DNA of 64,000 nucleotides, taken from NCBI GenBank assembly GCA_036404515.1, contig DASWZK010000071.1, forward strand, positions 10,704 through 74,703, written 5' to 3'. The position numbers were made by a program, and so were the translations under genes. The notes below the pieces were generated by a model that was given only the letters and a program-made list of their open reading frames with translations, had not been told where the DNA came from and ran no database searches. Source of the DNA: Candidatus Limnocylindrales bacterium. GTDB taxonomy: Bacteria; Chloroflexota; Limnocylindria; Limnocylindrales; CSP1-4. Shown piece by piece: positions 47,627-57,648 of the stretch. Numbering within the stretch: position 1 is the first letter of the stretch; each line of letters starts with the position of its first letter.

Positions 47627-48871
47627 ATGACCCAATCTGGTTTTGCATCTCGGCGTCGTTCGATCGCTGTCGACGTGGGCGGGGTCATGGTCGGCGGCGA
47701 TTACCCAATCGTCGTTCAGTCGATGACCAATACGGACACCACCGATGCCGACGCCACGGCCATCCAGGTTGCCCGGTTGGCCCACGCCGGGTCTGAGCTG
47801 GTCCGAATCACGGTCAATACGGAGGCAGCCGCTGCCGCCGTGCCGGATATCGTCCGGAAAGTCCGCGGCCTCGGACTGACCGTTCCGATCGTCGGCGACT
47901 TCCACTACAACGGCCACAAGCTGCTGACCGAGTTCCCTGAGGCGGCAAAAGCCCTGGCCAAGTACCGGATCAATCCGGGGAACGTGGGCCCGGGCCGGCA
48001 CCACGACGATCACTTCGCCGCCATCGTTCGGGTCGCGATCGCGAACGACAAGCCGGTCCGGATCGGCGTCAACTGGGGCTCGCTCGATCAGGACGTCCTG
48101 GCCGAGATGATGGATGCAAACGCCCGCCAGGCCGAGCCTCGCGATGCCCATGAGGTCATGATCGAAGCCATGGTCGAAAGCGCCATCCGATCGGCCGAGC
48201 TGGCAGAAGCGACCGGTCTGGCCCACGATCGGATCATTCTCTCGGCCAAGGTTTCCGGCGTACGCGACCTGGTCGAGGTGTATCGGAGACTTGCCGCGCG
48301 CGGCGACTACCCGCTCCACCTCGGCCTGACCGAGGCGGGCATGGGTATGAAGGGGATCGTGGCCTCGTCCGCCGGCCTGTCGCTGCTGCTCGCCGAGGGG
48401 ATCGGCGACACGATCCGCGTGTCGGTCACCCCCGAGCCGGACGGCGATCGGACGGAAGAAGTCGCAGTCGCTCAACAGGTGCTGCAGACGCTCGGATTGC
48501 GATCGTTTCTGCCCCAGGTTTCATCCTGCCCGGGCTGCGGCCGGACCACCAGCACGTACTTCCAGGAACTGGCCCGCGACATTCAGACCTATCTGCGCGA
48601 CCAGATGCCCTCGTGGCGGGAGCGGCACCCCGGCGTGGAGGAGCTCCGCGTGGCGGTCATGGGCTGCGTCGTGAACGGCCCGGGCGAGTCCAAGCACGCC
48701 GACATCGGCATCAGCCTGCCCGGCACCTTCGAGGAGCCCGTCGCGCCCGTCTTCATCGACGGGGCGCTGGACCGAACGCTGCGGGGCGATCACATCGTCG
48801 ACGAGTTCAAGGCGATCCTCGAGTCCTACGTCGAGCGGCGGTTCCCGGCGCCGGGGGCGCTCCCCGGTTAG
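47627..48871 (+). CDS. ispG: 4-hydroxy-3-methylbut-2-enyl diphosphate synthase
   Basis: [21 protein letters not shown] and GCVVNGPGE motifs. Confidence 0.9.
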   Translation: MTQSGFASRRRSIAVDVGGVMVGGDYPIVVQSMTNTDTTDADATAIQVARLAHAGSELVRITVNTEAAAAAVPDIVRKVRGLGLTVPIVGDFHYNGHKLLTEFPEAAKALAKYRINPGNVGPGRHHDDHFAAIVRVAIANDKPVRIGVNWGSLDQDVLAEMMDANARQAEPRDAHEVMIEAMVESAIRSAELAEATGLAHDRIILSAKVSGVRDLVEVYRRLAARGDYPLHLGLTEAGMGMKGIVASSAGLSLLLAEGIGDTIRVSVTPEPDGDRTEEVAVAQQVLQTLGLRSFLPQVSSCPGCGRTTSTYFQELARDIQTYLRDQMPSWRERHPGVEELRVAVMGCVVNGPGESKHADIGISLPGTFEEPVAPVFIDGALDRTLRGDHIVDEFKAILESYVERRFPAPGALPG

Positions 48872-48997
48872 CAGCGCCGGTTAGCGGCGCCCCTGCGCCC
48901 GCCACTGGCTCCGGCCGCGCGGAGGTCCGAAGCACCGCCTCAGGCGGTACGATTGCGTGAAATCGTCGCAGTCGAATCGCCTGGAGGATCAAGCAGC

Positions 48998-50455
48998 GTG
49001 ACCACAGAGGGTTTCGTCGCCAGCATCACGCACCAGTCCGAGAGCTTTCCGGAGTGGTACAACGACGTGGTCCTGAAGGCGGAACTGGCTGACTATTCCC
49101 CGGTTCGCGGCTGCATGGTGATTCGGCCGTACGGGTACGCCATCTGGGAGTCGATGCAGGGCGAGCTCGACCGCCACATCAAGGCGACGGGCCACAGCAA
49201 CGTCTACTTCCCGCTCTTCGTACCCAAGTCGCTGCTCGAAAAGGAAGCTCAACATGTCGAGGGCTTCAACCCGCAGGTAGCGTGGGTGACTCACGCCGGC
49301 GGCAAGGCCCTCGACGAGTGGCTGGCAATCCGGCCGACAAGCGAGGCGATCATCGCCGACAGCGTGAAGAACTGGATTCAGTCCTATCGCGACCTGCCGC
49401 TGCTGATGAACATATGGAACAACGTCGTCCGCTGGGAGCTGCGCACGCGTCTCTTCCTGCGCACGACCGAGTTCTTGTGGCAGGAGGCCCACACCTTCCA
49501 CGCCACCGAAAAGGAGGCGGCCGACGAGGTTGCCACCGGACTCGAGTGCTACCGGATCGTGGCCGAGGACTGGCTCGCTATACCAGTCATCAAGGGCCGG
49601 AAGACTGACAGCGAGAAGTTCCCCGGTGCCGACTGGACATGGTGTGTCGAGGCCATGATGCGCGACAAGAAAGCGCTGCAGGCGGGCACGAGCCATATGC
49701 TCGGCCAGAATTTCGCCCGCGCTGCCGGCATCGAGTTCCTCGACGGCGACAACGTGCGCAAGAACCCGTACGGGACCTCATGGGGCTTCTCGACGCGCAT
49801 GGTCGGGGCCACGATTATGGCCCATGGTGACGACTCCGGGCTGGTGTTGCCGCCCAATGTCGCCCCGGTCCAGGTCGTGGTCGTGCCGATCTTCCGTAAG
49901 GACGAGGAGAAGGCGGCGGTAAGCGCTGCCGTCGATCGATTCCAGGCGGCCCTCGCGGAGACCCCCGGAGGGGCGGCCGTCCGGGTCAAGGTCGACTGGC
50001 GAGACGACTCGCCGGGCTTCAAGTACAACCACTGGGAGCTCCGTGGCGTGCCGTTCCGGCTGGAGATCGGCCCACGCGACGTCGCGGCGGGACAGGGAAT
50101 GCTCGTCAAGCGGGTCGACCGGTCGAAGGAGGCGGTGCCGCTGGACCGGCTGGCGGCCGAGCTGCCGGCTCGACTCCGCGACTACCAGGCCGAGCTCTTC
50201 AAGCGAGCCGTCGAGTTCCGAGAGGCGAGCACTCACCGCGCCGACACATACCGGCAGCTCAAGGATGGGCTCGACGGCGAGGGCGGCTTCTTCATGGCGC
50301 CCTGGTGCGGCGACGCGAAATGCGAGCGGCAGGTCAACGAGGAGACCGGCGCCACGATTCGGTGTATTCCATTCGACTCGCCTGCGGAGGCCGGCAAATG
50401 CACGGTCTGCGGCGGTGCGTCCGAGCGGCGGGTACTGTTCGCTCGCGCTTACTGA
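48998..50455 (+). CDS. proS: Prolyl-tRNA synthetase (archaeal/eukaryote-like short type)
   Basis: FPEWYNDVVLKAELADYSPVRGCMVIRPYGYAIWE, FLRTTEFLWQEAHT, and a C-terminal zinc-like CGD..CE....C..CG. GTG 48998 lies 9 nt after GGAGGA. The track start at 48953 is less likely. Confidence 0.88.
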   Translation: MTTEGFVASITHQSESFPEWYNDVVLKAELADYSPVRGCMVIRPYGYAIWESMQGELDRHIKATGHSNVYFPLFVPKSLLEKEAQHVEGFNPQVAWVTHAGGKALDEWLAIRPTSEAIIADSVKNWIQSYRDLPLLMNIWNNVVRWELRTRLFLRTTEFLWQEAHTFHATEKEAADEVATGLECYRIVAEDWLAIPVIKGRKTDSEKFPGADWTWCVEAMMRDKKALQAGTSHMLGQNFARAAGIEFLDGDNVRKNPYGTSWGFSTRMVGATIMAHGDDSGLVLPPNVAPVQVVVVPIFRKDEEKAAVSAAVDRFQAALAETPGGAAVRVKVDWRDDSPGFKYNHWELRGVPFRLEIGPRDVAAGQGMLVKRVDRSKEAVPLDRLAAELPARLRDYQAELFKRAVEFREASTHRADTYRQLKDGLDGEGGFFMAPWCGDAKCERQVNEETGATIRCIPFDSPAEAGKCTVCGGASERRVLFARAY

Positions 50456-50529
50456 GACCTTTCGGAGCTTGCCTTTCCGAACGGGAGCCCAAACCGTCTC
50501 CCAGTGTGCAGCGGTGCTCGCCCCTCCCC

Positions 50530-50558
50530 TTGGATGGTCCAGAGGCGCCGTGTATACT
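50530..50558 (+). promoter_or_regulatory. Candidate sigma-70-type promoter of the nusA-infB operon
   Basis: TTGGAT (50530-50535), then a 17-nt spacer, then TATACT (50553-50558). It lies in the 252-nt proS-nusA gap. This is a motif match only. Confidence 0.45.
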
Positions 50559-50582
50559 TCCTGCAATCTACCGGCCGCTCGT

Positions 50583-50607
50583 GACGTGGGTGACCCCCAC
50601 GTCTTTT
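50583..50607 (+). terminator. Intrinsic-terminator-like hairpin (candidate leader attenuator upstream of nusA, or the proS terminator)
   Basis: GACGTGGG-tgacc-CCCACGTC is a perfect 8-bp stem followed by TTTT. It is the only hairpin plus T-run I found in an intergenic region. An outer helix GCCGCTC (50574-80) / GAGCGGC (50611-17) can also form. Confidence 0.55.
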
Positions 50608-50707
50608 GCTGAGCGGCTCGTGACTGACCGGCGGCCGAGTGGACGGACGCAGAGTCCAGGTCGGTCGCAGTCGATAGCAGCCGGGCACAAAGAACAGGAG
50701 GCGCGAA

Positions 50708-51967
50708 GTGAGTCGGGATTTCGTCGGCGCCCTCCTGCAGCTTAACGCCGAGAAGGGTGTCTCACGGGAGCAACTCATCCGGACCGTCGAGGAGGCTATT
50801 CAGGCCGCTTACCGCCGCACGGCGGGAGACGAGGACATCCAGGTTCGAATCGATGCCGATTCCGGGAAGGTGCGCGTTTTCCGGGCCCGCCTGGTAGTCG
50901 AAGAGGTCGACGACCCCACGACACAAACGACGGTGGCGGATGCGCAGGCCTACCTGCCGGGAGCCAAGGTCGGCGACCTCGTCGAGACCGAGCAACTCGA
51001 CCAGGAGGCCTTCGGCCGAATCCACGCCCAGACGGCCAAGCAGGTGGTCCTGCAGCGACTCCACGAAGCCGAACGCAACGTAGTCTTCGACCAGTACGCC
51101 AGTCGCGAAGGCGAGCTGATCACCGGCACGGTCTCGCGCATCGAGCCCAGAGCGATCATCCTGGATGTAGGCAAGGCCGAGGCCATTCTGGCCACGACCG
51201 AGCAGTCGCCCTTGGAGCATGCCCGCATTGGCCAGAACGTGAAGGCCTATGTTCTGGAGGTTCGACGCAGCGCAAAGGGCCCACAGATCTACGTCAGCCG
51301 AACCCACAAGGGTTTCCTGCGTCGCCTTTTCGAGCTGGAGGTTCCCGAGATCCACGCCGGAACCGTCGAGATCAAGGCCATTGCCCGCGAGGCGGGGAGC
51401 CGCTCCAAGGTCGCGGTGGCCTCGCGCCAGCAGGGCTTGGATCCGGTCGGCGCGACTGTCGGTCAGCGCGGCGCTCGCGTTCAAGCGGTCGTGGCGGAGC
51501 TTGGCGGCGAGAAGATAGACGTGATCGAATGGTCCGAGGACGCCTCCACCTTCGTCGCCAAGGCCCTGAGCCCGGCCCAGGTGATCGAAGTCAGGATCGA
51601 CGAAGAGCACCGCATCGCCAACGTCGTAGTGCCCGAACGGATGCTATCGCTGGCGATCGGCCGGGAGGGCCAGAACGCCCGGCTGGCGGCCAAGCTGACA
51701 GGATGGCGCATCGACATCCGCAGCGACGTTTCCGTAGCCGAAGCCGCCAGAGCCGAGGCGGAGACTCTGGCCGACGCGGAATCAGCGGTGGCAGATGCTC
51801 CGGGTCCCACGGCTGAGACCGCCGCTTCGGAGGCGGTTGCCGCGCCCGAGCTCGAACCGAATACTGTTCCCGTGGTCCCGGCTACCGCCGAGGCGCCGGC
51901 CAGGCCGAAGCGGCGCAAGGCCGCCAAATCGGCGGAGACCGACAATGATGCGGAGGTGGCCCCGTAG
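50708..51967 (+). CDS. nusA: Transcription termination/antitermination factor NusA
   Basis: N-terminal domain [15 protein letters not shown]1 domain [12 protein letters not shown], two KH domains ([31 protein letters not shown]), and an Ala/Glu-rich tail. AGGAGG lies upstream of the GTG. Confidence 0.9.
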   Translation: MSRDFVGALLQLNAEKGVSREQLIRTVEEAIQAAYRRTAGDEDIQVRIDADSGKVRVFRARLVVEEVDDPTTQTTVADAQAYLPGAKVGDLVETEQLDQEAFGRIHAQTAKQVVLQRLHEAERNVVFDQYASREGELITGTVSRIEPRAIILDVGKAEAILATTEQSPLEHARIGQNVKAYVLEVRRSAKGPQIYVSRTHKGFLRRLFELEVPEIHAGTVEIKAIAREAGSRSKVAVASRQQGLDPVGATVGQRGARVQAVVAELGGEKIDVIEWSEDASTFVAKALSPAQVIEVRIDEEHRIANVVVPERMLSLAIGREGQNARLAAKLTGWRIDIRSDVSVAEAARAEAETLADAESAVADAPGPTAETAASEAVAAPELEPNTVPVVPATAEAPARPKRRKAAKSAETDNDAEVAP

Positions 51968-51984
51968 CCCGGGGCGCGCCTCCA

Positions 51985-52266
51985 CGGCGGTATCCGACGC
52001 GATCGTGCGTCGTCTGTCGGACGGCGCGGCAGAAGCGCGAGCTGCTGCGGATCGTTCGGATGCCGGACGGCCGGATCGCCGTCGACCCGAGCGGTAAAAT
52101 GCCGGGCCGGGGAGCCTACGTGTGCGACAAGCAAGAGTGCCGGTCCGCGGCGCTGGACAAAGGATCGCTTCAGCGAGCGCTGACAGCACCGATCCCGGCC
52201 GAACTCCGGGCCGAGCTGACAGGGGAGGCGAGCAGGATCGAAGGAGGAAGTCGTGGCCAAGAGTAG
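51985..52266 (+). CDS. ylxR: YlxR/DUF448 family RNA-binding protein; 5' boundary unresolved
   Basis: In-frame translation [42 protein letters not shown] matches the YlxR signature. The first canonical start (ATG 52060) lies after the CxxC/ELLRIV motif. The frame is open from 51949. Confidence 0.65.
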   Translation, partial: RRYPTRSCVVCRTARQKRELLRIVRMPDGRIAVDPSGKMPGRGAYVCDKQECRSAALDKGSLQRALTAPIPAELRAELTGEASRIEGGSRGQE

Positions 52267-54163
52267 GAGCGGCACGCGGGGCCGTCGTGGGCCTCGCAAG
52301 CCGGTGCGCCACGACCTTGGAACCCAGGGAGGCGCTGCTGCCGTCGCCGACCCGCGCGAACGCGGCGCGATCGAGCTGCCGTCGAGTATCACTGTCAAGG
52401 ACCTGGCAGATCTGCTCGGCGTCAACCCCGCCGACGTCATTCGCGAGCTGATCAAGAGCGGCATCTTCGCCAATATCAATCAGGGGATCGATCGCGAGAC
52501 GGCATCTCTCGTCGCCGAGGAACTCGGCTACGAGGTCGCCGAATCGGCCCAGATCGGCGGCGCCTCCAGTGGCGACGCCGCCTCGGGTGAGGCTGCGCCG
52601 ATAAGTGCCGCCACAAAGGAACAGCTGTACGAAGAGGACGATCCGAGCCTCCTCCAGCCTCGCGCCCCGATCGTGACCGTCATGGGCCACGTCGACCACG
52701 GTAAGACCTCCTTGCTCGACGCCATCCGCACTACCAAGGTCGCGGCGGGTGAGCGTGGCGGAATAACCCAGCGCATCGGCGCGAGCGAGGTCGTCAAGGA
52801 CGGGCGGCACATCGTCTTCCTCGATACGCCGGGCCACGAGGCCTTCACCGCGATGCGCGCCCGCGGAGCCAAGGTCACCGACATCGCGATCGTGGTTGTC
52901 GCGGCCGACGACGGCGTCATGCCCCAGACCCTCGAAGCGATCGACCACGCCCGGGCGGCCAAGGTTCCGATCATCATCGCCCTTAACAAGATGGACAAGG
53001 CGGATGCCAACCCGGACCGCGTAAAGAACAGCCTGGCCGAGGCCGGCGTTGTCGTCGAGGAATACGGCGGTGACGTGCCGATGGTGCCCGTTTCCGCGAA
53101 GGCTCTACTCGGCCTGGACGAGCTGCTCGAGATGATCAATCTCGTGGCTGATCTGCAGGAGCTAAAGGCCAATCCCAAGCGCCCCGCCGTGGGCACGATC
53201 GTCGAGGCGGAACTGGACAAGGGCCGCGGCCCGGTCGCGACTGCCCTGGTCCAGACCGGCACTTTGCGCGTGGGCGACGTCATCGTCGTGGGCGAGACAT
53301 ACGGCAAGGTCCGCGCTCTCGAGAATGCGCTCGGCAAACGCATCACCAAGGCCGGTCCTTCGAGCCCGGCCGTGGTTCTGGGCCTTGCCGACGTGCCGCA
53401 GGCAGGCGACATCTTGCGCGTTGTGGCCGACGAGAAGATCGCCCGCACGATGGTCGAGGAGCGGAAAGCAGCCTCGGCGGCGCGGTCGGAGGGGAGTGGC
53501 CGCGCCACTCTTGAGGATCTGTATGCGCAGATCCAGGCCGGTCAGACCAAGGAATTGCGGATCATCCTCAAGACGGACGTGTCGGGTTCGCTCGGCGCGA
53601 TCACACACGCCCTGGAGCAGCTGTCGACCGACGAGGTCCGGATCAACGTGCTCCATGAAGGCGCTGGCGACGTCACCGACAACGACATCATGCTGGCGGC
53701 CGCCTCGGATGCGATCGTTGTGGCGTTCAACACGAAGGTGACCGACACTGCCCGTCGCGCCGCCGAATCCGAGAAGGTCGACGTTCGTAACTACGACATT
53801 ATCTACAAGCTCACGGACGACATCTCCGCGGCCCTGCGCGGCATGCTCGAACCGGAGCAGGTCGAGACGGTGGAGGGTCGGGCGGAGGTTCGTCAGATCT
53901 TCAGGGTCGGCAAGGTCGCTGTCATCGCCGGTTGCTACGTGACGGACGGGCGCATCGTTCGTGCCGGTGGTGCTCGGGTCTGGCGCGGCGGCAAGGTGGT
54001 CGTAACAGACCGGATCGAGTCGCTACGCCGCTTCCGCGACGACGTCCGCGAAGTGGCCACCAACTTCGAGTGCGGCATCGGTCTGGCCGGCTCGAATGAC
54101 CTGGCTGAGGGCGACATCATCGAGTGCTTCACACAGCAGATGGTGAGCCGGGCGGCCGGTTGA
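52253..54163 (+). CDS. infB: Translation initiation factor IF-2
   Basis: [24 protein letters not shown] and NKMDK G-domain motifs. AAGGAGGA lies upstream of GTG 52253. Confidence 0.92.
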   Translation: MAKSRSGTRGRRGPRKPVRHDLGTQGGAAAVADPRERGAIELPSSITVKDLADLLGVNPADVIRELIKSGIFANINQGIDRETASLVAEELGYEVAESAQIGGASSGDAASGEAAPISAATKEQLYEEDDPSLLQPRAPIVTVMGHVDHGKTSLLDAIRTTKVAAGERGGITQRIGASEVVKDGRHIVFLDTPGHEAFTAMRARGAKVTDIAIVVVAADDGVMPQTLEAIDHARAAKVPIIIALNKMDKADANPDRVKNSLAEAGVVVEEYGGDVPMVPVSAKALLGLDELLEMINLVADLQELKANPKRPAVGTIVEAELDKGRGPVATALVQTGTLRVGDVIVVGETYGKVRALENALGKRITKAGPSSPAVVLGLADVPQAGDILRVVADEKIARTMVEERKAASAARSEGSGRATLEDLYAQIQAGQTKELRIILKTDVSGSLGAITHALEQLSTDEVRINVLHEGAGDVTDNDIMLAAASDAIVVAFNTKVTDTARRAAESEKVDVRNYDIIYKLTDDISAALRGMLEPEQVETVEGRAEVRQIFRVGKVAVIAGCYVTDGRIVRAGGARVWRGGKVVVTDRIESLRRFRDDVREVATNFECGIGLAGSNDLAEGDIIECFTQQMVSRAAG

Positions 54164-54182
54164 GCCGGGGTATCGGGTCTCA

Positions 54183-54743
54183 ATGACGCAGCGAACCGAG
54201 AGGATCGACGAGCTTCTTCGCCAGGAGATCGGCCGGGCGCTGGAGCGCGAAGTGACCGACCCCGGCATCGGGTTCGTCACCGTAACGGACGTCGAGACCA
54301 GTCCCGACCTGGCTCACGCGCGGGTCTGGGTCAGCGTCATTGGCACCGAGGAACGGCGCAAGGCGTCGCTGGCTGGGTTGCGGCGGGCGATGCCGTACAT
54401 ACGCCGCGGCCTGGCGTCGAAGATCAGGCTGCGCCGCATCCCCGAGCTGGAGGTGCGGCTCGACAGTTCCATCGAGCGAGGCACCCGGGTTCTCCAGATC
54501 ATCCACGATCTTGAAGAGGGCCGGACTCCGGACGGGTTGAGCCAGCCCAGTGAGTCTCTGCCAACGCCCCTGCCGCGCCTGCCGCACGAGGGCGACACTG
54601 TCGACGATCCGCTCGTTGAAGAGTCGTCCGGACACCTGGCGCGAAAGGCCGGAGCAACGGAGTCACGAAAGCGCGAAAGCCACATCGCGCCCGCGAAAGG
54701 GACCAGATCCGGGAAGCCAGCGGCTCGCAGGAGACCGCGGTGA
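54183..54743 (+). CDS. rbfA: Ribosome-binding factor A with a C-terminal extension
   Basis: RIDELLRQEIGRALEREVTDPGIGFVTVTDVETSPDLAHARVWVSV. Confidence 0.85.
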   Translation: MTQRTERIDELLRQEIGRALEREVTDPGIGFVTVTDVETSPDLAHARVWVSVIGTEERRKASLAGLRRAMPYIRRGLASKIRLRRIPELEVRLDSSIERGTRVLQIIHDLEEGRTPDGLSQPSESLPTPLPRLPHEGDTVDDPLVEESSGHLARKAGATESRKRESHIAPAKGTRSGKPAARRRPR

Positions 54744-55774
54744 ACGGTCACGGGCCGCGAGTAGACCTTTCCGAATACGCCGTTGCGGTACCTGAAGAGG
54801 TCCTGGACAGGCTGCGTTCGGCTCGGTGCGTCCTGGCTGTATGTCACGAGAACCCGGAGGCGGACGCATTGGGCTCTGCTCTGGCGGTCAGCCTCCTGGC
54901 CGAGTCGTTCGGGGGGAAGGCGACGCCGGTCTGCGCAGATCCGGTGCCAGCGATGTACGGCTTTCTGCCCGGCATGGACCGCTTTCGCCGTGAGCCCGAC
55001 TCAGCGTTCGACTACGACCTGATCGTGGTCGGCGACTGCGGCGAGCTCGAACGGGTCGGCCCAATCCTGGAGACTCATCGCGAGCTGTTCGAGCGAGTGC
55101 CGATTCTCAATATCGACCACCACATCTCCAACCCGCGCTTTGGCGCTGTGGATTGGGTGGATGCATCGAGCTCGGCCACCTGCGAGATGGTGACGTTGCT
55201 CGCGTTGCGGCTGGGAGTGCCGCTCACGACCGCGGACGGGATGCTCGCCTCGGCTCTGGCGGGCGGCGTGGTGATGGACACCGCCAACTTCCAGCATCCC
55301 AACGTGACGCCCCGGACGTTGGTCGTGGCTGCCGCCTTGAGAGAAGCGGGAGCGCCGTTGAGCGAGCTTGCGCGGCGCTTTTACCGCTCCAAGCCGAACA
55401 ATCAGCTGACGCTTTTTGGGCGAGTCCTCGCTCGCATGGAATCCGACCTGGCCGGCAGGCTCGTCTGGTCCACGCTCGAGCTCGCCGACCTCGTGGCAAG
55501 TGGTGCAGATCCGGCCGAGTCCGAGGGCCTGATCGATCTGCTCGCGCAGTCCGAGAGCTACGAGGTTGCGATCCTGTTCAAGGAGGGCGGCGACTCAACC
55601 CGCATCAGCATCCGGACGCGTGACGGGGGCGTCGACGCGACTGTACTCGCCGACACGTTCGGTGGCGGCGGCCACGCCCGGGCGGCCGGGGCCACGGTTG
55701 CGCTGCCACTTGACAAGGCCCGGGCGGCAGTTCGGGCACGGGCCGCGGCGCTCGTCGACGCAGTAGATCGCTGA
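54740..55774 (+). CDS. nrnA: DHH/DHHA1 phosphoesterase (NrnA-type nanoRNase / pAp phosphatase)
   Basis: CHENPEADALGS, NIDHH and FGGGGHARAAG motifs. In the conserved position between rbfA and truB. Confidence 0.8.
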   Translation: MNGHGPRVDLSEYAVAVPEEVLDRLRSARCVLAVCHENPEADALGSALAVSLLAESFGGKATPVCADPVPAMYGFLPGMDRFRREPDSAFDYDLIVVGDCGELERVGPILETHRELFERVPILNIDHHISNPRFGAVDWVDASSSATCEMVTLLALRLGVPLTTADGMLASALAGGVVMDTANFQHPNVTPRTLVVAAALREAGAPLSELARRFYRSKPNNQLTLFGRVLARMESDLAGRLVWSTLELADLVASGADPAESEGLIDLLAQSESYEVAILFKEGGDSTRISIRTRDGGVDATVLADTFGGGGHARAAGATVALPLDKARAAVRARAAALVDAVDR

Positions 55775-55776
55775 AG

Positions 55777-57648
55777 ATGCCGCCGACGGGTCGGGGAGTG
55801 GACGGGGTCCTTGTCGTTCGGAAGGACCCCGGCTTCACGTCACAGGACGTCGTTGCCGTGGTCCGGCGACTGACTGCAACGCGCCGTGCCGGCCACGGCG
55901 GAACCCTCGATCCATTTGCCTCGGGCGTTCTGCCGATCTTCCTTGGGCTCGCCACACGCCTGGTCGAATACCACATGGGCGACGACAAGGCATATCGGGC
56001 GACGGTGTGCTTCGGTGCGACCTCCGAGACTGACGACCGAGAGGGCGAGCTCGTACCCGGGTCCGGTCCGGGCCCGACGCGGGAGGCAGTGGAGGCGGCC
56101 CTGGCCGGCTTTCGCGGCCGCATCCAGCAGCGACCGCCGGCCTACAGCGCGCTCAAGGTCGGCGGACGCCGAGCTTATCAGCTGGCCCGGCAGGGAACAC
56201 CGCCCCAGCTGGCGCCGCGCCCGGTGACGATCGGCCGCCTCGATCTGGTCGAATGGGACGGATCCGACCCGGAGCGCCCCACGGCAGTTCTCGAGGTGGA
56301 GTGCGGAGCGGGCACTTACATCCGATCTCTGGCCCGCGATCTTGGTGAGCGGCTTGGCTGCGGCGCTTATCTCGGGGCCCTCGTCCGCACGGCCAGCGGA
56401 CCGTTCGCGCTGCCGGCCGCGCACTCGCTCGACGATATCCGTCGGGCGGCGGCCGACGGCCCCGGTGCGCTGGCCCGGGTCCTCTTGCCGGTCGACGCTG
56501 GGCTGGAGGTCGTACCGGAGGCGGTGCTTACCGGCCCTGAGGTTGCCGCTGCAGCGCGCGGCCAGCAGGTCAAGCCGACTCACCGGCCCGCGCTCGAGCA
56601 AGGAACGCGCGTCCGGCTGCTGACCGAGGATCGTGCATTGGTGGGCATCGGATCGTGGAAGGGCGGCCGCCTGGTGCCCGAGAAGATCTTCGTGGCCGCC
56701 CCGCTGCCGGCCGGCTCCGGTTCTACGGCAGAAGCGACAGCCGACGCCGCGACCGGCGTCACTCATTTGATCGAGCCGCGGCTGCGAGTGGTCGACACGC
56801 ACAACCGCATGGCCGTCGCGGCCGGCATCAGTGCTCTCGGAGCCGATTTCGGTCGACTCTACGTGGCGGTGGGTGTCTTCGACGGCCTCCACCGCGGTCA
56901 CCTGTATCTTCTCCGCGAGCTGCGTCGGGCTGCCCGCGACGCCGGCGCGCGAGCCGCGGTCATCACGTTCGACGCCCATCCGGAGGAGCTGATCGAGGGC
57001 CTCGCGCCGCCGCTGCTGTGCGATCCAGACGAGCGCCTCGTGCGCCTGCAGGCCGCCGGCGTCGAGGTCACGGTCGTGCAGCATTTCGACCACGCTCTCC
57101 GAATCACCCCATACGAAGCGTTCGTGGCGGCAATCCGCGAGCGGGTCGACTTGGCCGGCTTCGTCATGACCCCAGATGCCGCTTTCGGGTTCGAGCGCGG
57201 AGGCACCGCGGAGACGCTCGCTTCTCTCGGCGAGCGGGAGGGCTTCTCGGTCAAGGTCGTCTCTTCGTTCCTTTCCAACGGGGAGCAGGTCCGAAGCTCG
57301 GAGATCCGTCGCCGCATCGCCGCCGGGGATCTGTCCGGAGCCAGGCAGCTCCTCGGCCGATTGCACGGCTTCAGCGGCCGGCTCGCTTCGAGCGACACTT
57401 CCGCCGGCGTCCCCCTGATCTTCGAGCTGCCCGTCTCGCTCCCTCCGACGGGCCGCTATGAGGCGCTCGTCGGGCCGTCGTGGCGACTTGGCCGGCTTGC
57501 CGAGCCGGCCTCGATTGCGGCGGTGGCCGCGATTCTGGAGGGGCAGGTGCGGCTCGAGATGACCACCGCGCCGTCTGCCGACGAGGTCCGAGTGGTCCTG
57601 CTCCAGGCCGTCCGGGACGGTGTCCGGGACGGTGTGACTCTCGCCTGA
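55777..57648 (+). CDS. truB: Single ORF fusing tRNA pseudouridine55 synthase TruB (with PUA domain) to an FMN adenylyltransferase (RibF N-terminal module) and a divergent C-terminal module
   Basis: aa 1-305: GHGGTLDPFASGVLPI, YRATVCFG, GTYIRSLARDLG and a PUA-like end. aa ~355-520: VGVFDGLHRGHLYL, VITFDAHP, SSEIRRRI, LLGR. The last ~95 aa lack the usual riboflavin-kinase motifs. No stop occurs between the modules. Confidence 0.85.
   Translation: MPPTGRGVDGVLVVRKDPGFTSQDVVAVVRRLTATRRAGHGGTLDPFASGVLPIFLGLATRLVEYHMGDDKAYRATVCFGATSETDDREGELVPGSGPGPTREAVEAALAGFRGRIQQRPPAYSALKVGGRRAYQLARQGTPPQLAPRPVTIGRLDLVEWDGSDPERPTAVLEVECGAGTYIRSLARDLGERLGCGAYLGALVRTASGPFALPAAHSLDDIRRAAADGPGALARVLLPVDAGLEVVPEAVLTGPEVAAAARGQQVKPTHRPALEQGTRVRLLTEDRALVGIGSWKGGRLVPEKIFVAAPLPAGSGSTAEATADAATGVTHLIEPRLRVVDTHNRMAVAAGISALGADFGRLYVAVGVFDGLHRGHLYLLRELRRAARDAGARAAVITFDAHPEELIEGLAPPLLCDPDERLVRLQAAGVEVTVVQHFDHALRITPYEAFVAAIRERVDLAGFVMTPDAAFGFERGGTAETLASLGEREGFSVKVVSSFLSNGEQVRSSEIRRRIAAGDLSGARQLLGRLHGFSGRLASSDTSAGVPLIFELPVSLPPTGRYEALVGPSWRLGRLAEPASIAAVAAILEGQVRLEMTTAPSADEVRVVLLQAVRDGVRDGVTLA

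Noticed and set aside
48864-48889. 13-bp tandem duplication CCGGTTAGCAGCG / CCGGTTAGCGGCG spanning the ispG stop codon.
   Set aside because: There are only two copies, 12/13 identical, and the second TAG is out of frame. It is most simply a small slippage duplication with no obvious function.
48872-48997. Possible T-box or regulatory leader upstream of proS. GGCGGTACGATTGCG superficially resembles the T-box core. There are two adjacent perfect 6-bp hairpins: ACCGCC-tca-GGCGGT and ACGATT-gcgtga-AATCGT.
   Set aside because: The UGG needed to pair with the tRNA CCA end is not present (CGG instead). There is no specifier-loop or Stem I architecture, and the region is too short (126 nt). The hairpins may simply be an ispG 3' structure. 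Only an Rfam scan could revive this.
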